Assembly: GCA_963845755.1 (NCBI GenBank)
Contig: CAWJTV010000018.1
Location: 1-64,000 of the forward strand
DNA length: 64,000 nt
From: an uncultured Planctomycetota bacterium
Lineage (GTDB): Bacteria > Planctomycetota > Planctomycetia > Isosphaerales > Isosphaeraceae
Reading direction: 5' to 3'
The position numbers and the translations under genes were made by a program. Shown piece by piece: positions 40,853 to 52,071 of the stretch. Position 1 is the stretch's first letter, and every line of letters begins with the position of its first letter. The notes beneath the pieces were generated by a model. The model was not told the origin of the DNA. It worked only from the letters and a program-made list of their open reading frames with translations, and did not search any database.

Positions 40853-42275
40853 ATGTACATCGAACAGCTCAGGCTCAAGAACATTCGGACGTTCCAAGAG
40901 ACGACACTGGATTTCGTTCATCCGGATCGGAAGTTTCGTTCCGATCACTCAGCGGATCAAAACGGGCTTCGGGTTCTGCCGAGACCCCGATTTCCCAACG
41001 TCAACTTGCTTCTCGGAGACAATGGCTCGGGCAAGAGCACGGTCCTCCGGGCGATCGCGATGGCGGCGCTGGGGCCAGTCGTTTACCGAAGATACGAAGC
41101 TGCCCACCAATGGATTGATCCGGCGTGGCCGCGCCGATGGGGCGAGGGCGAAGAGCCCAGGATATCGCGGAATCGAAGCTAACACTGCATCCTCCACGAA
41201 CAAGAGAGTCGATCCGTTAGGTACCTCAACGCTTGTAGTGCATTCAACCTCACTCGCAACGTGGCGAGCTTGGAGAAAGTGACGTTCTCTGCAGATGACC
41301 CTCCTCGAGCTGGTGCCTGAGACGACGTACCAGATCGAAGCAGGTATGGGAGCCTGTTTTCGAGTCGAACAATGAAGCCTTCTTTGCCGTCGGATATGGG
41401 GCCACTCGGCGTGTCGAGACCCCCAGAATCCCTCGACCCGGCTGGCCGGTCCAAGCCGACATTTCTCCGGGCCAGCGAATCTTGAGCTTATTCGATGAGT
41501 CTTTTTCATTGATCCCATTATCGAGCGTGGTTACCTCGGCCTAAGAGTGAGCAACGCGGAGTCGGTATTCAGAGGTCGAGCAACTGCTGAACCGATTGCT
41601 GAAGCCTAGTCATTGCCGGTATCGGGGGATGTCGCGAGAAGATGTCAGTTCTCGATTATCGCAGCCCGGCAGGGGTTATGGCGAAGGTGGTTACGGTGAA
41701 GGTGGTTACGGCGGAGGTAAGTGGCAAGGGGAAGACGATTCTCTGTTTGAACAAGGGGGGGTGAAGATCGAGTTCCGAAAATCTCTCCGATGGTTACCGA
41801 ACCTTTATCGGCTGGGTCGGAGATTTGCTCTTTCACGCCTACTATGGATGCTCACGCGGCAAGAGACTTGTCGATCTTCGCGGGATCGTCATGGTCGACG
41901 AGATCGACCTGCACCTCCACCCGAGGTGGCAGATGACTGTCATCGGGACCGTGGCGAGGACCTTCCCACGAATGCAGTTCATCTTCACATCACACAGTCC
42001 TCTCGTTGCCAGCAGCCTGGAGTGGATGAACATCATCACCCTGAAAGCTCTCAGCCAAGACAAACCGGACCATCGCCAAGCGCTGGAAGGAGAGCATTCA
42101 CGGCCTCGATGCCGACCAGGTGCTGCTCACCGATTTCTTCGGGCTGAAGACGACGAGAGCACCAGGAAAGGTCAGTCAGCTCGAGGAGTTGGAAAAGAAG
42201 GCCCGGCATGGCGATCAAGAGGCCGCACGGAAGATCATCCTCGCAATGAGCCGCGGGATGGAGGAGCCGGAATGA
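40853..42275 (+). CDS. ABC/AAA_21-type ATPase (PtuA-like), multiply frameshifted
   Basis: MYIEQLRLKNIR, Walker A GDNGSGKST, VGYGATRR, LSDGY signature, Walker B MVDEIDLHLHPRWQ and H-loop FIFTSHSP. Confidence 0.85.
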
Positions 42276-43161
42276 TCCGCTCACGCGGCCACGCTTGATT
42301 CTCTCCTACGATCTCGGATTCAGGCGATCAGTCCCAACCTGGTTCGATCGTGCGAAGGCCATCTTGACTGAACTTCCGGCACACCCAAGTCTCAAGGACT
42401 TTCGGCCAATATGGCGTGATATCAAGAAGATTTACATTGAGTTACAGCACTCGAAATGTGCGTTCTGCGAGAAGCCGCTCGAAGGGCGAGATCGAACAGG
42501 ACGTCGAACATTTCCGACCCAAGGCCGAGGTCGAGCCGTGGAGTGTGCCACCGGATCTCGTGCAGGCCGGCGTAAGCTTCGTTCAGCCAGATGATGGCTC
42601 GGCCGAGTTGGGGTACCGGTTCCTGGCCTACCATCCTTTCAATTACGTGATGGCATGCAAGCCCTGCAACTCAGTCCTCAAGAGGAACTTCTTCCCGGTG
42701 GCGAAAGCCCGGAAGACCGGGCGAAGAAGCCACCCTCCTTTGCTACCGAGAAACCCTTGCTGATCTATCCGATCGGTGAAATTGACGTCGATCCCGAGAC
42801 ATTGATTACGTTCGTTGCAGGAGTTGTCCCTCAGCCAGTACAAAGGTCGGGCTTCGGTCGATTGCGGGCACTGGTGACGATCACTATCTTCCAGTTGGGC
42901 GATCCCGTCGAAAGGAAGGTGTTCTATCAAGGCCGTGGCAAGGCAATTCAGAACCTTTACCTCAACCTGAGAGCGACTCGTGAGGATTCGGATCCCGTGA
43001 TCGTGGCTGCGGCCCAGAAGAACGTGGCCCGGATGCTGAAACCGGAAGAACCATTTGCGAGTTGCCTGCGCTCGTTCAACCGCCTTTTCCGGAATTCGCC
43101 GGACCAAGCCCGCCAGGTTTTCAGTGATCTCGCGGAATTCCTCGACACGAACTCACCGTAG
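42272..43161 (+). CDS. HNH endonuclease (PtuB-like), frameshifted
   Basis: ATGA overlap with the ATPase; KCAFCE, DVEHFRPK and LAYHPFNYVMACKPCNSVLKRNFFP motifs. Confidence 0.82.
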
Positions 43162-43202
43162 ATCCGGCTGGGTGGGCTAGGAATGATCCACGCTGGCAAG
43201 TC

Positions 43203-44485
43203 TCAAAACAAGTCCGCCGGATTGGCACTCCAGACCTTGTTGAGCGTGAACACGGCGGACACCAGCCCGACCACGAGCGTCAGGAGGAGAGTGAGGGCCA
43301 GGATGCCGGCGGTCATCCGCATCGGGATTCCGGCCAGGGCCTCCGTGATCCGGTAGAGGCCGAAGCCGAGAATCCCGGCGATGAGGTAAGCGGCGACCGC
43401 GTACAGGATGGCCTGGATCACGACGACGCGCGCCAGGTATCCGTTCGAATGCCCCATGGCCTTGAGCGTCGCGTACTCGGGCAAATGGTCGCGCACGTCG
43501 TTGGAGAGGACCTGGTACACCACCGCCGACGCCACGATCGTCGCGACCAGCACACCAAACGCGAACAGCTTCCCGGTCGAGGTCTGGCGGACCCAGTGAT
43601 CCGACTCGCGGGCGAGGATCTCGGAGCGGGAATAGGGGACGACGTCGGGCGGGAGGATCGCGCGGAGCGCCCGGCACGTGGCGTCGATCGTCGCACCATC
43701 GCTGCGGCGGAGTGTCAAGAAGCCGAACTCGACCGGCTCGATTGAGGGTCGCTCGCACAGCCGCGCGAAATTGACGTCGCTGCAGATGGCCACGCCATCG
43801 GCGGCGAATCCGCGCAGCAGGGAGAAACCCCCCACGATCTGAACCGCCGATCGGCCCATCTCCCACTCGTCATGCCGGCCGACCAGCGGCCAGCCGAAGT
43901 CGAGGTTGGACAGCTCGTCGAGCAGCACGCGCGCCGGACTCCTGTAGCCGCGGCCTGGCATTCTCGATCGATTTCCGAATGGTTCCCCCAAAAGGGTCCT
44001 CTTCCAGGTCGACGCCCAGCACCAGCAGCTCGCGGCGCTTGATCGGCCGGGGGAGCCGGTCGCCGAGTAGCCATCGACGCAATGCCCCGGGCTCGGGTCG
44101 CTCGTCGTCCCAGGCCACGGACGCGTCGTCCGGCGGGTAAGGCGGGCATCGCCAGAGGTTGAACTGGGAATACAGCGGCCGGGCACTCGCGACCACCTCC
44201 AGCGACCGGGCCTGCCGGAGCCGCTCTCGGGGAAACTCACCCGGGGCGTAGAACTGGTCGTACGTCGGGGCCAGGAGGACGATATCGAAATCCAACTGCT
44301 CGTAGAGGTTCGTGGCCGTGATCTTCACGGCCTCGTAGAAGCCCAGTTGGAGCAAGACCATCGTCACCGCGAACGCCACGCCGGCAATCGCCACGACCGT
44401 GCGCCGGGCGCCGTGGACCACGTTGCGCACGCGCCAGAGGGGGATGGGGCGACTTCAACCGCCAGGAGTCGGGCAGGGAGCTCAT
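43203..44485 (-). CDS. devC: DevC-like ABC exporter permease (FtsX family), frameshifted
   Basis: VAIAGVAFAVTMVLLQLGF, YQVLSNDVRDHLPEYATLKAMG and ANPADLF motifs. Confidence 0.85.
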
Positions 44486-44516
44486 CCGCGGTTCGGCCTC
44501 GGTGCGAGTACGTGGG

Positions 44517-45603
44517 TTAACGAGTTCCGCGAGTCTCGGGGGACACTGCCAGCGGCTCCGCGGACGTTCGGATCGTGGCCTCGACCTCCATATTCACGTA
44601 GCGCGCCGCCGAGCCGGCGTCATCGAGCTGGATCGTGACCTCGACCACGCGCAGGTCGCGCAAGGCCCGCGGGTCCACGCTGGTCAGCCGGTTCTTGCCG
44701 ACCATCGAGCCAATCCGCGTGACCTTTCCCTTGACGAGCGTGCCGAGGATGTTCACTTCCGCCGAGTCGCCCAGGTGGATCCGCGGCACGTCGCTCTGGT
44801 AGACCTCGGCCGTCGCGACCATTGAGGATACGTCCCCCATCTCCAGCAAGGTGCCGGCACTGAGCTCTCCGGGGTGGATCAACATATGGAGCACGCGTCC
44901 GCGCGTGGACGCGTGGACCTCTGTTTCCTTCAGTGCGGCTTCGGCGAGCGCGATCTGGGCGTCGAGGATCTCGTCCTCGGGGCCGCGGTCGCCCGCCGCG
45001 CCGCTCGGCTGGGCACTCTTGCGGGCTTCGGCTCCCTTCCCGGCCTCCAGCAACTGGAGGTCGAGATCGGCCTTGAGGGACTGCATCTCAACCTGGTAGA
45101 GCGCCAGCTCCGCGTCGTAGCGGTCCTTGCCCTTGAGCGTCCCGCTGAATTGCTTGTAGAGCCCGCGCGCTTCGTCCAGGCGGGCTTTCGAAGTCTTGGC
45201 CGCCTCGCGAGCCGCGGCCAGGCGTGCGCTCCGCTGGCGGTCGGCGAGCGTCTTGCGGGCGATCGCCAGCGTGCGCTGGTGCTCGGCCGCATCATGACCC
45301 TCCAGGATGGCGAGTATCGCCCCTGGGGAAACGGGTTCGTCTTCCTTGACCGGGATCGCCTCGACGCGCATTCCGGGGCGGACTCCCACGGAGATCAATC
45401 CGCCCGCCGGTTCCAGCCGTGCGAGGGCGACCACCGCGGAGCGGCCCGATCCCTGGCCCGTCCGCCTCTCCTGCGCCGAGGCGGGATCGATCGGCCGCAG
45501 GATCCAGCCGCAGGCTCAGGAACACGGCGGCCGAGACCGCAGAGAGTCCGACAAGCCGCCACACCCGGCGAACCGCGATGAGTGGAATTCCCGGGCGATT
45601 CAT
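44517..45603 (-). CDS. devB: DevB-like HlyD-family membrane fusion protein, frameshifted
   Basis: VVALARLEP, AEVYQSDVPRI, DLRVVEV.IQLD and NMEVEA motifs. Confidence 0.82.
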
Positions 45604-45620
45604 GGACGGCGATCCTCTCG

Positions 45621-45705
45621 GCAGTAGGCAGGAGACGACGGCAACACGAGAGCGCTTCTATTCTCTGGTCTTCACTGCCTACTGCCTACTGCCTACCGCC
45701 GACTG
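45621..45705. repeat. Heptamer (CTGCCTA)n inverted repeat
   Basis: GCAGTAGGCAG ... CTGCCTACTGCCTACTGCCTAC. Confidence 0.6.
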
Positions 45706-45718
45706 CGTCGAAGGCGGA

Positions 45719-46480
45719 TCAACCGACCTTCGCCAGGGCCGGCATGCTGCGCGACGACGTCGCGGCGGCGACGAACGCCTCGATCAGTTGCATGTCCAGC
45801 GAGATGTTCCCCTCGTTCTCGGGGTGCCATTGCACGCCGGTGACCCACCAGGACGGATCCTTCCCTTCGAAGGCTTCGATGAGTCCATCAGGAGCCAGCG
45901 CCGCTACGCGGAAGTTCGGCGCCAGTTTGCGGACCCCCTGGTGATGGTAGCTGTTGACGCGAATCTCGCCCGGTCCGTAGATGTCTTCGAGCCGGGTCTT
46001 GGGTTGCATGACAACGGTGTGGCGATGCGCGCCGCCGTGCAAGTCGCGATGAGGGATGCCCTTGGGCATGTCCTCGGGCAGGTGGAGGAACAACCCGCCA
46101 CCGGCGACCACGTTCAACTCCTGCATGCCCAGGCCGATGCCCAGCACGGGCATCCGGCGCTGTTGCACGACCTTGCAGAGCAGGCGATCCGCCAGCTCGC
46201 GACGCTCGGTCACCATCGTGACGGCCGGATGAGGCGCCAACCCCATCTTGCGCGGATCCAGGTCGTCGCCTCCCGTCAGCATCACGCCGTCCACCCGATC
46301 GAGGATCGGTATGAGATCGGCCTCCTTCGTGAACGGGGGAATGACGATCGGCAGCGCATTGGCGGCCAGCAGGCACTCGAAATAGCCGCTGTGGATGAAG
46401 CTGTGAGGTGTGCGGCCCTTCGCCGAAGCGCGATAGTCCGTGTTGATTCCGATGAGCGGACGGTATTTCATAGCAGCCAT
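45719..46480 (-). CDS. Gamma-glutamyl-gamma-aminobutyrate hydrolase family (peptidase C26, PuuD-like)
   Basis: GVMLTGGDDLDP, LGIGLGMQ, VNSYHHQ and GVQWHPE motifs. Confidence 0.9.
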   Translation of the reverse strand: MAAMKYRPLIGINTDYRASAKGRTPHSFIHSGYFECLLAANALPIVIPPFTKEADLIPILDRVDGVMLTGGDDLDPRKMGLAPHPAVTMVTERRELADRLLCKVVQQRRMPVLGIGLGMQELNVVAGGGLFLHLPEDMPKGIPHRDLHGGAHRHTVVMQPKTRLEDIYGPGEIRVNSYHHQGVRKLAPNFRVAALAPDGLIEAFEGKDPSWWVTGVQWHPENEGNISLDMQLIEAFVAAATSSRSMPALAKVG

Positions 46481-47023
46481 CCCTTCCTTGAAATGGTCTC
46501 GGCGAAATCCGTTCTCGGCACGCCGCCATCATCTGCGGCCCGGTCCCGTTCGAGGCGGAAAAAACCCGGCCCGAAGAACTTCCTGAGATCGAACACGTCA
46601 ACAAATTTGAGATTTTTGATGACGGTCTTCCGCGGCGTACCTTCCTGGTGTCCCCTCGGTCGCCGAGGGGAGCGGTCCTCCGATCATTCCTCCTTTTTCT
46701 TGTGATGTGAATCGTTGTGGAGAAGCCAACCTGACTGATCCTTCAATCGCCTCGCCTTTGGGTTGGGCTGAGGTACGTAGAGTCTACCGATCCGACTCGG
46801 CGGAATTCAAGAAAAATCCCGCGAATCGGCCGGTTTTTTCGCCGGTTTTTTCGTTTCGATCAATCGGGAAGCGAAGTAATCGCTGGCGAGACGAACCTGG
46901 CGGGAGGATGTATCCGCCTGACCACCGATGGGGTCGCCGGCCGCATCAGTGTGTGCGCAAGACGCGCAATGGCTTGCGCAGTCGAAGCGGAGAGCGGTCC
47001 GCCTTCGAGGTCGTCTCGCGTCC

Positions 47024-48848
47024 TCACGGCGACTTCGCCGGAGCGGCGGGCTGGTCCGCTGAGGACTTCGCGACGACGGGGCTCGGGCCGGGCTTGACGT
47101 AGTCCCCTTTCAGATATCGTATCATCATGTCCACGTCATTGGATGTGAGCTGCTCCGGACCGAAGGCGGGCATCTTCTGGTCCTCTTCCAGGAAGCCGTA
47201 TCGGTCGGCGGCGTTGGGCTTGCGGATCATGCGAGCGATCCACTGGGGAGAGCCCCAGGCGAAGAGGTCGGGGGCATCGCGCAGACCCCCCTTGCTGAGC
47301 GCCGCGAGGACGTGACACTCACCGCACTCGCCACCAGTACGAAAGAGCTTGAGAGCCGGATGGCCGGAGACCTCAGGGCTCTTGAGCCACTCGCTGGGGG
47401 TCGTGTCCGGAGGGATCCGGGCGAACGAGGCGACGAATTCGGCGATCTCATCAAGTTGTGCACCCTTGAGCTTGGAGCTTTCCTTCCACTGGGCCATCCC
47501 GTCGCACTGAGGGACTTTGCCGAAGTAGCCCGGCGCCTGCGGATTCTCGAGGAAGCCGCGGATCCAGGTCCGGGAGCCGAATCCCGCCAGGTCGGGCGCC
47601 GTCTGCGTCCCCGATCCGATGCCGCCGTTGACGTGGCAGCCGAGGCATCGCCGCTCCAGGACGGCGCGCCCATGGGTCGCCGGGTCGCGACGAGGAGGTA
47701 CGCCGCGCCATCCGGCGGGATGCCAACCTCGGAGCCGGCCAGCTCAAGCGCCCGCTCGCGCGCGGCATCGGCTTTCTTCCGGGCCTCCTGGAAGAGCGGG
47801 TTGCGGTAGTCATCCCACAACGCCTGCACGGTCAGGAACCCGGCGCCCCCCGCGAGTACGAACACGAATCCGCAGGCCAGGAAGTGGGCGAGCTTGCGCG
47901 GCAGGACCCGATCGAGCAACGGCAGGATCAGCATGACGAGCAGGAGTGACGAGGGGATCACGATCGTGCCGATCACCTCGCGTTTGCCGGGGAAGTACTT
48001 GAGCATCTGGAACAGCGACAGGTAGTACCACTCCGGACGTGCCGGGTACTCGGCACTCGAGGGATCCGCCGGCGCGTCCAGGCTGGCGCCTCCCTCGAAC
48101 AGGACCACTCCTACCACGACGCCGAGCACGAGCACGCCGAAGACCACGTTCCGGAACACCTGCTCGGGCCAGTACGGGGTGGCCGGCAGCGTCTCGGCAC
48201 CGGCGGGCGGCGTCAAGCGGTGTCGATGGGACAGGACGATATGGACCACAAGGAAGGTCACCAGGAGCGCCGGCAACACCGCGACGTGCAGGGCGTAGAA
48301 CCGCGTGAGCGTCTGGTTACCGAACTCGCTGCCGCCCACCACGATCTTCTGGAGGTACGGGCCGACCACCGGGGTCCCGCCGATGATGCTGGTCACGACC
48401 TTGGTCGACCAGTAGCCTTTCTGGTCCCAGGGGAGCTGGTAGCCGGTGTGGCCGAATCCGATCGTGAGGAGCAGCAGGGCCACCCCGAACCACCAGTTGA
48501 ACTCGCGCGGTCGACGATAGGCCCCCGCCCAGACCACCTGGAGCAAGTGCAGACCGAGCAGCACCATCATCGCCTGGGCCGAGAAGTGGTGGAGGCCGCG
48601 GATGAACCAGCCGTACCAGACGTCGTGGCTGATGTAGAAGACGCTCGCCCAGGCCATCGTGGACGACGGGCTGTACGAGGCCATCAGCAGGATCCCGGTG
48701 AACGCCTGGACAAGAAACACCATGGTCAAGGCCGAGCCGAAGACGTACCTCCAGGCGCGCCCCCCGGGATCGAGTCATCGAGAGCCGCGCGCGTGAGCGT
48801 ACGGAACCCCGTCCGGTCGTCGAGCCAGTCGGCCAGTTGCTTAAACAA
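47024..48848 (-). CDS. Cytochrome b (bc complex) fused to a c-type cytochrome region, frameshifted
   Basis: IRGLHH, YRRPREFNW, GYQLPWDQKGYW, LTRFYALH and RPEWY motifs; CxxCH motifs CLGCH and CGECH; TTG start overlaps the Rieske stop. Confidence 0.9.
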
Positions 48849-49425
48849 GGGGGATCTTCTCCTCGCTCACGGTGCGGAAACGCTGGAACTTCACGCGGAC
48901 CTCCGGGTCATCGCCCGGCGTGATCTCGACGTCGAGCCGATCCATGGCACGGGGCGGCACCTGGTTTTTCGGCTTCCCGGTCAGGTCGAACGCGCTGGTG
49001 TGGCAAGGGCAGAGGAACCCTTTCCCGTCGGCCGACAGGTTGACGGGGCACCCCAGGTGGGGGCACTCCGACGTCAAGGCGAGCACCGGTGGATCGGCGC
49101 CTTCCGACTGTCGGATCAGCCAGACCGAGCCAACGGGCTCGCGGGGATACTTGACCCAGGCATCCTGCCGCTCATCGATGATCGCGAACGATCGTGGGAC
49201 GCCGACTTCCAGTTCCTTCAAGTGGGTGAGCGGGCGATATTCCCCTTCCCGGGCCCGCTTCCGCAAGGGTGAGAGGACATACGCCGCGCCCGGTACGGCC
49301 AGGATGAGGCCGAACAGGCTGCCGAGGGCGACGGTGAGGCCGCCGAGAAATCCTCGTCGCGACGTTGGAGAACCGCGATCGGCCGGCTTCTCGGCCGTGG
49401 AGACTCTGACCGACGCTTCATCCAT
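48841..49425 (-). CDS. Rieske 2Fe-2S protein (bc complex)
   Basis: Tat SRRGFL; CPHLGC and CPCH motifs. Confidence 0.95.
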   Translation of the reverse strand: MDEASVRVSTAEKPADRGSPTSRRGFLGGLTVALGSLFGLILAVPGAAYVLSPLRKRAREGEYRPLTHLKELEVGVPRSFAIIDERQDAWVKYPREPVGSVWLIRQSEGADPPVLALTSECPHLGCPVNLSADGKGFLCPCHTSAFDLTGKPKNQVPPRAMDRLDVEITPGDDPEVRVKFQRFRTVSEEKIPLV

Positions 49426-49998
49426 TTCAGAAACTTCCTCGCTGTTCGTCGGCTTGGCCGGTGACCCCGATCGCCCGAGAGGCGAGCATACCTATCTGGT
49501 CGGCGTCCTGCGAATGGTGCAAGACGAACCAGGGAACGCCGGTTTCTCATGCGACCTTGACGTCAGGTAGATGTCGCTGGGTCGGGGTCGAACTCCAATG
49601 ATCTCTTGGTAGTTAGAGCCGGCTCGGTCGATGTTGGTTCTGTCTGAGGCGGGTAACGGGCGGTGAGACTGCGATGTCCCCATATAGTCTAGGTAAACCG
49701 ACGAATCGGCTCAAGAGTCTGACCGCCCGTCCCGATTACGGAACGTCGGAACAGCAGTCTGCGGCGCCGCTTCGGATACCCGGAGGCCTGCGCCGAACCG
49801 TCGGCCGCCGCCCACCGGGAATCAGGAAAGTCTTCCCGGCCCCATTCTTGGGATGGCTCGGAAGCAACAATTTCTGGGGGATCGAGCCCTGAACGGGGAA
49901 CCTCCTCAGAAAGTTGGACAACCCGCCCCTTGGCTGCTTTACTGGGGAAGAGTCGGTTCGCTACGGGAGTGCCGGATCCGGCATTGATGGGGGCTCGA

Positions 49999-51051
49999 AT
50001 GATGAAGATGCGACTCATCCGTCGAAGCCCGTCGTACCTGTTCCCCATGGTCCTGATTACCATGTTTTCCCCGGCCACTCCGGCCGAAACGTTTCCCTGG
50101 CGAGTCTACGCGAACAAGCCGGACGACTGGTACCGCGGCAACGACGGATCGCGAATCGCGGACAATGTCCTCTCTTACCAGTCGGAACACGGGGACTGGC
50201 CCAAGAACATCGATACATCGAAGATGCCCTATCGCGGCGACCGTGCCCGACTTCAGGGGACCTTCGATAACGGAGCGACGATCGGCGAGATCCGATTCCT
50301 GGCGAGGGCCTACGTCGCGACCGATCGCGCGCGATATCGCGACGCGTTTTCCAAAGCCCTCGATCATGTCCTGTCCGCCCAGTATCCGAGCGGGGGCTGG
50401 CCTCAGACCTTTCCGCCGGGAAAGGGGTATGCCCGGCATATCACCTTCAATGACAACACGATGGTAAACATCCTCGAGTTGTTGCGCGACGTCTCGCAGG
50501 CGAAGGTCTTCCCATTCGTAGACGAACCTCGGCGTTCCGCCTGCGGACGGGCGTTCGAGGCGGGGATCCGCTGCATCCTCCGGTGCCAGGTCCGAGTCGG
50601 CGGGCGACCGACGGTCTGGTGTGCGCAGCACGATGAGAAGACCCTGGGACCGCGCGGAGCCCGGACCTACGAGTTGCCGTCGCTGAGCGGCATGGAGAGC
50701 GCGGGTATCCTGCTGCTGTTGATGAGCCTGGAGGACCCGAGTCCGGACGTTGTCCAGGCGGTCCACGCGGGTGCCCGCTGGTTCGAGTCCTCGAAGCTCA
50801 CGGGAATCCGGCAGCGGATCGTCAACGGCAACAAGGTGATCGTGCCGGACCCCAACGCCCCTCCGCTCTGGGCGCGGTTCTACGAGATCGAGACCAGTCG
50901 CCCGTTCTTCTGCGGCCGGGACGGCGTGAAAAAGTACGACCTGGCCGAGATCGAAGCCGAACGGCGGAACGGGTACGCGTGGTACGGCCTGTGGGGAATC
51001 CGCGTGGCCGACCAGTATGCCCGATGGAAGGAGCGCACGAGCCGCCATTGA
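49999..51051 (+). CDS. pelA: Pectate lyase, PL10/PelA family
   Basis: GDWPKN, TFDNGAT, GGWPQ, ITFND, WCAQH, WARFYE and ERRNGYAW motifs. Confidence 0.9.
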   Translation: MMKMRLIRRSPSYLFPMVLITMFSPATPAETFPWRVYANKPDDWYRGNDGSRIADNVLSYQSEHGDWPKNIDTSKMPYRGDRARLQGTFDNGATIGEIRFLARAYVATDRARYRDAFSKALDHVLSAQYPSGGWPQTFPPGKGYARHITFNDNTMVNILELLRDVSQAKVFPFVDEPRRSACGRAFEAGIRCILRCQVRVGGRPTVWCAQHDEKTLGPRGARTYELPSLSGMESAGILLLLMSLEDPSPDVVQAVHAGARWFESSKLTGIRQRIVNGNKVIVPDPNAPPLWARFYEIETSRPFFCGRDGVKKYDLAEIEAERRNGYAWYGLWGIRVADQYARWKERTSRH

Positions 51052-51066
51052 TGGAGCCAAACGGGA

Positions 51067-52071
51067 TCATCCGAGAGCCTGGCCTGGCATCAGAACCTGT
51101 CGGACCGCCTGAAGGACCCGCGCGACGACGTCGGGCACGGGTCCGAAGATCGTGGCACCGGCGGCGGCCCGATGTCCGCCGCCGCCGAACTGGCCGGCCA
51201 GAGCCGAGCAATCCAGGCCGTTGCGAGCGCGGAAGGAGACCTTGACGCCCCCGCGCATCTGTTCGATGAAGAGCAGGCCGACGTCGACGCCGCGCAGGCT
51301 GACCGTGAAATCGATGAGGTCTTCGGAGTCCTGGGGAATCGCCCCGGTGCGCAACAGGTCGTCGCGCATGATGGTCGCATACGCAACGCGCCCATCCACG
51401 TCGGTCTTCATGCCGGCGAGGGTCTCGCCGATCAGCTTGAGCCGTCCGAAGGTATTCCGCTCGAAGAGTTGCCGGTAGATGGTATCGATCGGCGCACCGG
51501 CCTCGATCAACTCGGCGGCCGCTCGCAAGGTGCCAGGCTTCGTGTTCGAGTGCCGGAACCAGCCGGTGTCCATGGCAATCGCCGTCAGCAGGCCGGTGGC
51601 CACTTCGGGCGTGACCGTACCTCTCAGGGCGCGGATGGCCTGGAGGACCAGGCTCCCGGTCGCCTCCGCCGACGTATCTTTGAAGAAGACGGCTCCCAGG
51701 TCGTCCTGGCTGACATGATGGTCGATGACCACCTTCGTGCCCGCAAAATCACGGATGGCCCCGGCCATGTCGCCGAGCTGGTTCCACGCGGACAGGTCCA
51801 GGATGACCACGACCTCGCGATCGATCAACGCCTCGGGTCCAGCGGCGGTCCCGAAGTGCTCGAAGAGCGTATTGTCCGGATCGAGGAAGTCATAGCGCGG
51901 GGGCGTCGGGCTGGCGTTGACCACGCGCACGTCCTTGCCCTTCTGACGGAGCAGGCCGGCCATGCCGACCTCCGACCCCAGGGCATCGCCGTCGGGCCGA
52001 ACGTGCGTCGTGACCAGGAAGCGGTCGTGGGTCTCGATCAGGTCGGCCAGCGGAGTCCAGTCGATGCTCAT
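51067..52071 (-). CDS. nrnA: DHH/DHHA1 bifunctional oligoribonuclease/PAP phosphatase
   Basis: HVRPDGDALGS, IDHH, DTGWF and GGGGHRAAAG motifs. Confidence 0.92.
   Translation of the reverse strand: MSIDWTPLADLIETHDRFLVTTHVRPDGDALGSEVGMAGLLRQKGKDVRVVNASPTPPRYDFLDPDNTLFEHFGTAAGPEALIDREVVVILDLSAWNQLGDMAGAIRDFAGTKVVIDHHVSQDDLGAVFFKDTSAEATGSLVLQAIRALRGTVTPEVATGLLTAIAMDTGWFRHSNTKPGTLRAAAELIEAGAPIDTIYRQLFERNTFGRLKLIGETLAGMKTDVDGRVAYATIMRDDLLRTGAIPQDSEDLIDFTVSLRGVDVGLLFIEQMRGGVKVSFRARNGLDCSALAGQFGGGGHRAAAGATIFGPVPDVVARVLQAVRQVLMPGQALG

Noticed and set aside
40853..43161. Retron (Ec78-like) system
   Set aside because: No reverse transcriptase and no room for msr-msd; only a 33-bp gap upstream.
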